From Candidatus Uhrbacteria bacterium (lineage in GTDB: Bacteria > Patescibacteriota > Patescibacteriia > UBA9934): a DNA stretch of 64,000 nt. The position numbers were made by a program, and so were the translations under genes. The stretch covers positions 15,581 through 79,580 of the forward strand of contig JABJOE010000005.1 of the NCBI GenBank assembly GCA_018664485.1, read 5' to 3'. Shown in pieces: positions 60,778-64,000 of this stretch. Position 1 is the stretch's first letter. Every line of letters starts with the position of its first letter. The notes under the pieces are model-generated. The model was not told the DNA's origin, did no database searches, and saw nothing but the letters and a program-made list of their open reading frames with translations.

Positions 60778-61119
60778 GTGAAAGATCTTGCGCCAGATAT
60801 TTACCGTCAAAGATTAGTAGTCGAAGGCTATCCGAAGAATCCGATTACTGCGGAGCAGATTAAGGACTATCTGTCGAAGCTTTCGGGTGAGCTTAAAATG
60901 GTGACACTTTTGGAGCCGATTGCTCATTTATCACCTAAGTTCGGATGGGCTGGTTGGATTCACTGGGAGACGTCTGGTGCACATTTTTATGCATGGGATA
61001 GGCCACGTGTATTTTTTAGTGTAGATATTTATACTTGCCTAAAGTTTTCAAACGAGGACGCGGTAAGATTTACAAAAGAATATTTTGATGCGACTGAAGT
61101 AGTTTGGAAAGAAGTGTAA
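60778..61119 (+). CDS. S-adenosylmethionine decarboxylase-like (pyruvoyl) family protein
   Basis: GWAGWIHWETSGAHFYAW...SVDIYTC..F; GTG start 1 nt after the secA stop. Confidence 0.7.
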   Translation: MKDLAPDIYRQRLVVEGYPKNPITAEQIKDYLSKLSGELKMVTLLEPIAHLSPKFGWAGWIHWETSGAHFYAWDRPRVFFSVDIYTCLKFSNEDAVRFTKEYFDATEVVWKEV

Positions 61120-61172
61120 TTTTGTATAAATACAGAACTCCGGCCGTGGCAATGCCAAGACCGGAGTAAGAG

Positions 61173-61291
61173 AGGGGATGAAGGGTGTCGAACCCCCGAC
61201 CTACCGTTAGCGTTTGCGTGTTGGCGCAAACGAGGCCTACCAGGACCGTAGGTCCGGGCCACGGTCGCTCTCCCAACTGAGCTACATCCCC
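61173..61291 (-). ncRNA. tRNA-like element with a 53-nt anticodon loop
   Basis: GGGGATG/CATCCCC acceptor, TAGCTCAGTTGGGAGAGC D arm, ACCGT/ACGGT stem, GGGGG-TTCGACA-CCCTT T arm; no canonical anticodon loop, no encoded CCA. Confidence 0.75.
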
Positions 61292-61324
61292 TAAGGTCGC
61301 TACAGTAAAGGAAACTACTGATAT

Positions 61325-61918
61325 ATGTCAATTGATGTGAAAATAATCGACTGGACAACTGTACTTGCTGACTGGAAAGATTCCGAAGAAGAAATTTGGC
61401 GATCTCATTACACTGAGCGTGGATATGACAGTTGGTGGCAATGGCGTAAGACTTATAGCGCCGAATTTGATTTACCGGCACGCAGATGGACGGAGGAGAT
61501 AGTTGAAGATCCTCATGACGTAATTCCTGCCATAAAAATCGGTGGGTATCGTGGTTGGAAGATATATCGACCGGCAGGACTTGAGATTGCAACGTTCGCT
61601 GACATTGCACGCCATATTGTGGCAGGTGAGTTGTCTATACTCGGTGAGCTACGTATTGATGTGCGTACAAATGAAAAGGTTAAAAACCGTGCAGGAAATT
61701 TGCATGATACAACGTTACTCGTATTGCGTTCCGGAGACTTCACAGTGCTACTAGACGGTACGCATCGTGCTGCGGCAATCGCCGTTGAAGCTATTGACGA
61801 TATAAAATCTTCTTTAAAAGTCACTTTACGAGTTTGCCATTTTGATGACAGCGAGAGGTCATTGCTTGAGAAGTTTGCAAAAGATCGAAGATACGTAGTT
61901 AAAAAGAAAAATGACTAA
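61325..61918 (+). CDS. Hypothetical protein with a ParB/Srx-like DGxHR motif
   Basis: VLLDGTHRAAAI. Confidence 0.7.
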   Translation: MSIDVKIIDWTTVLADWKDSEEEIWRSHYTERGYDSWWQWRKTYSAEFDLPARRWTEEIVEDPHDVIPAIKIGGYRGWKIYRPAGLEIATFADIARHIVAGELSILGELRIDVRTNEKVKNRAGNLHDTTLLVLRSGDFTVLLDGTHRAAAIAVEAIDDIKSSLKVTLRVCHFDDSERSLLEKFAKDRRYVVKKKND

Positions 61919-62552
61919 CAAGATTCCTGTTTTGTATTCTTTCCGCCGATGCCCGTATGCGATGCGTGCTCGTTTAGCTATCGCATCGAGCGGAAATAAA
62001 GTCGAGCTGCGAGAAGTTGTTCTTCGAGATAAGCCAGAGTCTATGTTGCAGTGTTCACCAAAGGGAACTGTGCCGGTCCTTGTCTTACCTGACGGATCAG
62101 TAATTGAGGAAAGCTTGGATATTATGCTGTGGGCGCTACGTCAAAGCGATCCGGATCAACTATTACTGGGAGGATCTGCCCCCTGTGGACAACTTTTTAT
62201 CGATCAGAACGATGGGGAATTCAAGGCAAATTTAGATAAGTATAAATACGCTCAGCGTCATCCGGAACCGGCTGAGTTTTACAGGGCAGAGGGCGCGAAG
62301 TTTTTAAAAGATTTAGACGATCGACTTTCCGATACTCCATATCTTTGCGGTGACAGACCGATGTTTACCGACTACGCAATTTTTCCATTCGTTCGCCAGT
62401 TCGCACATGTCGATCGAGATTGGTTCGATAATACTGATTACAAAAACCTCCAGACTTGGCTGAAGGGTTTGTTGGATGATAATTTGTTTGAAACGATCAT
62501 GGTGAAACATGGTCAGTGGCGTGAAGGTGACGCGCCTATACTTTTTCCTTAA
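61911..62552 (+). CDS. Glutathione S-transferase family protein
   Basis: LYSFRRCPYAMRARLA, SPKGTVPVL, ESLDIM, FPFVRQFA. Confidence 0.94.
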   Translation: MTNKIPVLYSFRRCPYAMRARLAIASSGNKVELREVVLRDKPESMLQCSPKGTVPVLVLPDGSVIEESLDIMLWALRQSDPDQLLLGGSAPCGQLFIDQNDGEFKANLDKYKYAQRHPEPAEFYRAEGAKFLKDLDDRLSDTPYLCGDRPMFTDYAIFPFVRQFAHVDRDWFDNTDYKNLQTWLKGLLDDNLFETIMVKHGQWREGDAPILFP

Positions 62553-63522
62553 TTGATTTCTTCCGCAATTTGATCTGCTCTTCTACGGGCAGGTTTTTAA
62601 TATCCAGGCAACGCTGTGAACAACAATCGTCTAATTTCTCACCACAGTCTTCGCATTGCACTATCAATTCATGGCAAGCATCGTTTGCACAATCTTTCGT
62701 AGTATTCGATGGCGCTTTACACGTGTAGCATGATCCTAAAATGTCATTGGTAATCACTTCCGGCTTACGACCATCAAACACGAAGTTTGCACCTTTGTAC
62801 TTTGATTTTAGTCCTTCTCGATCAATCTGATGTTTGTAGTCGATAATCCCTCCATGCAACTGATTCACATCTTTGAAACCATGATGCTTCAAATACGCTG
62901 AAGTTTTTTCACAACGAATTCCACCAGTACAGTATAGAAGAACCTTTTCATCTTCTTTACCCTGGAGTGTGTCGAGTACTTCCGGTAGCTCATCTTTAAA
63001 GGTTTGTGCTCTTGGGAGAATGGCTCCGTCAAAATGTCCGATGTCAGACTCGTATGCATTCCGCATGTCGACAACTACAGCTCCACCGTCAATCGCTTCA
63101 TTAAATGCAGAGGCGGTAAGATGCTCACCAACGTTTTCAACATCGTATGAATCTTTTGGAAGACCATCTGCCAGAATATACTTACGTGCTTTGATGGCTA
63201 ACTTCCAAAATGAAATCCCATCTTCACTCACTCCAATTTTAAATGGTACGCCGGTAAACTCCGGAATACTATCGACATGCGCTCGGAATGCTTCAAGATT
63301 ATGATTTGGTACATTGAGCTGCGCGTTTATTCCTTCTTGTGATACGTAGATTCGTCCAAGTACACCAAGCTCCGTCCATTCAATCCATAGCTTATCTCGC
63401 AAGCTATCGACGTTATCTAGTCGTACGTAACGGTAGAATGAGATCGATGTTCTTGAAAAGTCCTCGGCTTCAACTAGCGCGAGGGCGTCCTTCTTATTAA
63501 GTTTGTTGGCCAATTTCTTCAT
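62536..63522 (-). CDS. trhO: tRNA uridine(34) hydroxylase (rhodanese domain, UPF0176)
   Basis: GRIYVSQEGINAQ, DMRNAYE, GHF.GA, YCTGGIRCEK, FVFD.R. Confidence 0.93.
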   Translation of the reverse strand: MKKLANKLNKKDALALVEAEDFSRTSISFYRYVRLDNVDSLRDKLWIEWTELGVLGRIYVSQEGINAQLNVPNHNLEAFRAHVDSIPEFTGVPFKIGVSEDGISFWKLAIKARKYILADGLPKDSYDVENVGEHLTASAFNEAIDGGAVVVDMRNAYESDIGHFDGAILPRAQTFKDELPEVLDTLQGKEDEKVLLYCTGGIRCEKTSAYLKHHGFKDVNQLHGGIIDYKHQIDREGLKSKYKGANFVFDGRKPEVITNDILGSCYTCKAPSNTTKDCANDACHELIVQCEDCGEKLDDCCSQRCLDIKNLPVEEQIKLRKKSIKEKV

Positions 63523-63570
63523 AATGGGTAGAATAATACGTATAAATATCAAAAAGTCAATGATACGAAT

Positions 63571-64000
63571 ATGAAGTCTGTTTTATTTGATTTTGATGGC
63601 GTGATTGTTGATTCTTTTGAGTTGTCCTATCGATGTGTAGGAATAGTTAATCCGAATCCGCCAACCAAGGAAGAATATAGGCGTTACTTTGATGGAAATA
63701 TTTTTAAATCAACAGAAGTAAATCGGCAAAAAAAGAAGTTTGAAGTCAGTGAAGATGATCCATTTAATGTAGAGTATGTTCTTGGTTTGTTGGAGCTTGA
63801 TCCAGTGGATGGAATGAGTGAGGTGCTTAGAACGCTGAATGTAGATTATCGTTCGGCTATTATCTCATCCTCTATCAATAATCCAATCAAAAAATATTTA
63901 AATAAGTTTCAACTTGATGGAATTTTCGAAGAGATATACGGCGCTGAGTTTTCTTTAAGTAAAGAGGTGAAAATTAAAGTAGCACTTGAAAAGTTTCAGA
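63571..64000 (+). CDS. HAD-family hydrolase (truncated by the window end)
   Basis: MKSVLFDFDGVIVDS motif I. Confidence 0.85.
   Translation, partial: MKSVLFDFDGVIVDSFELSYRCVGIVNPNPPTKEEYRRYFDGNIFKSTEVNRQKKKFEVSEDDPFNVEYVLGLLELDPVDGMSEVLRTLNVDYRSAIISSSINNPIKKYLNKFQLDGIFEEIYGAEFSLSKEVKIKVALEKFQ

Overview
A 64-kb chromosomal window from a reduced-genome bacterium using genetic code 11. The gene set and style suggest Patescibacteria/CPR, probably Parcubacteria/ABY1-like; this is an inference. The backbone is housekeeping genes (rlmN, typA, hup, rpmB, UvrD/PcrA, ugd, tgt, rplU, recR, dnaB, folD, glyA, murC, murB, secA, trhO) plus tRNA-Thr, -Tyr and -Trp. Scattered through it are self-contained orphan units, mostly with their own sigma70 promoter, a Shine-Dalgarno (SD) site that the backbone genes largely lack, and a structured 3' end. 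Several insertions are flanked by duplicated gene tails, terminators or tRNA fragments. Five observations stand out. (1) 55.7-57.7 kb: a minus-strand unit of six small hydrophobic peptides separated by a conserved, covarying 38-41 nt hairpin repeat. (2) 48.5-49.1 kb: a ~515-nt, highly structured, apparently non-coding transcript with its own promoter and terminator, whose promoter shares 16 identical nt with the peptide-array promoter. (3) GIY-YIG nuclease genes embedded among broken and inverted copies of tRNA-Trp. (4) A tRNA-like gene whose anticodon loop is a 53-nt two-hairpin domain. (5) A four-helix-bundle gene bracketed by complementary 8-mer arrays. No CRISPR array, integrase, transposase or rRNA was seen. 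All calls come from reading the sequence by eye; no database searches were run.
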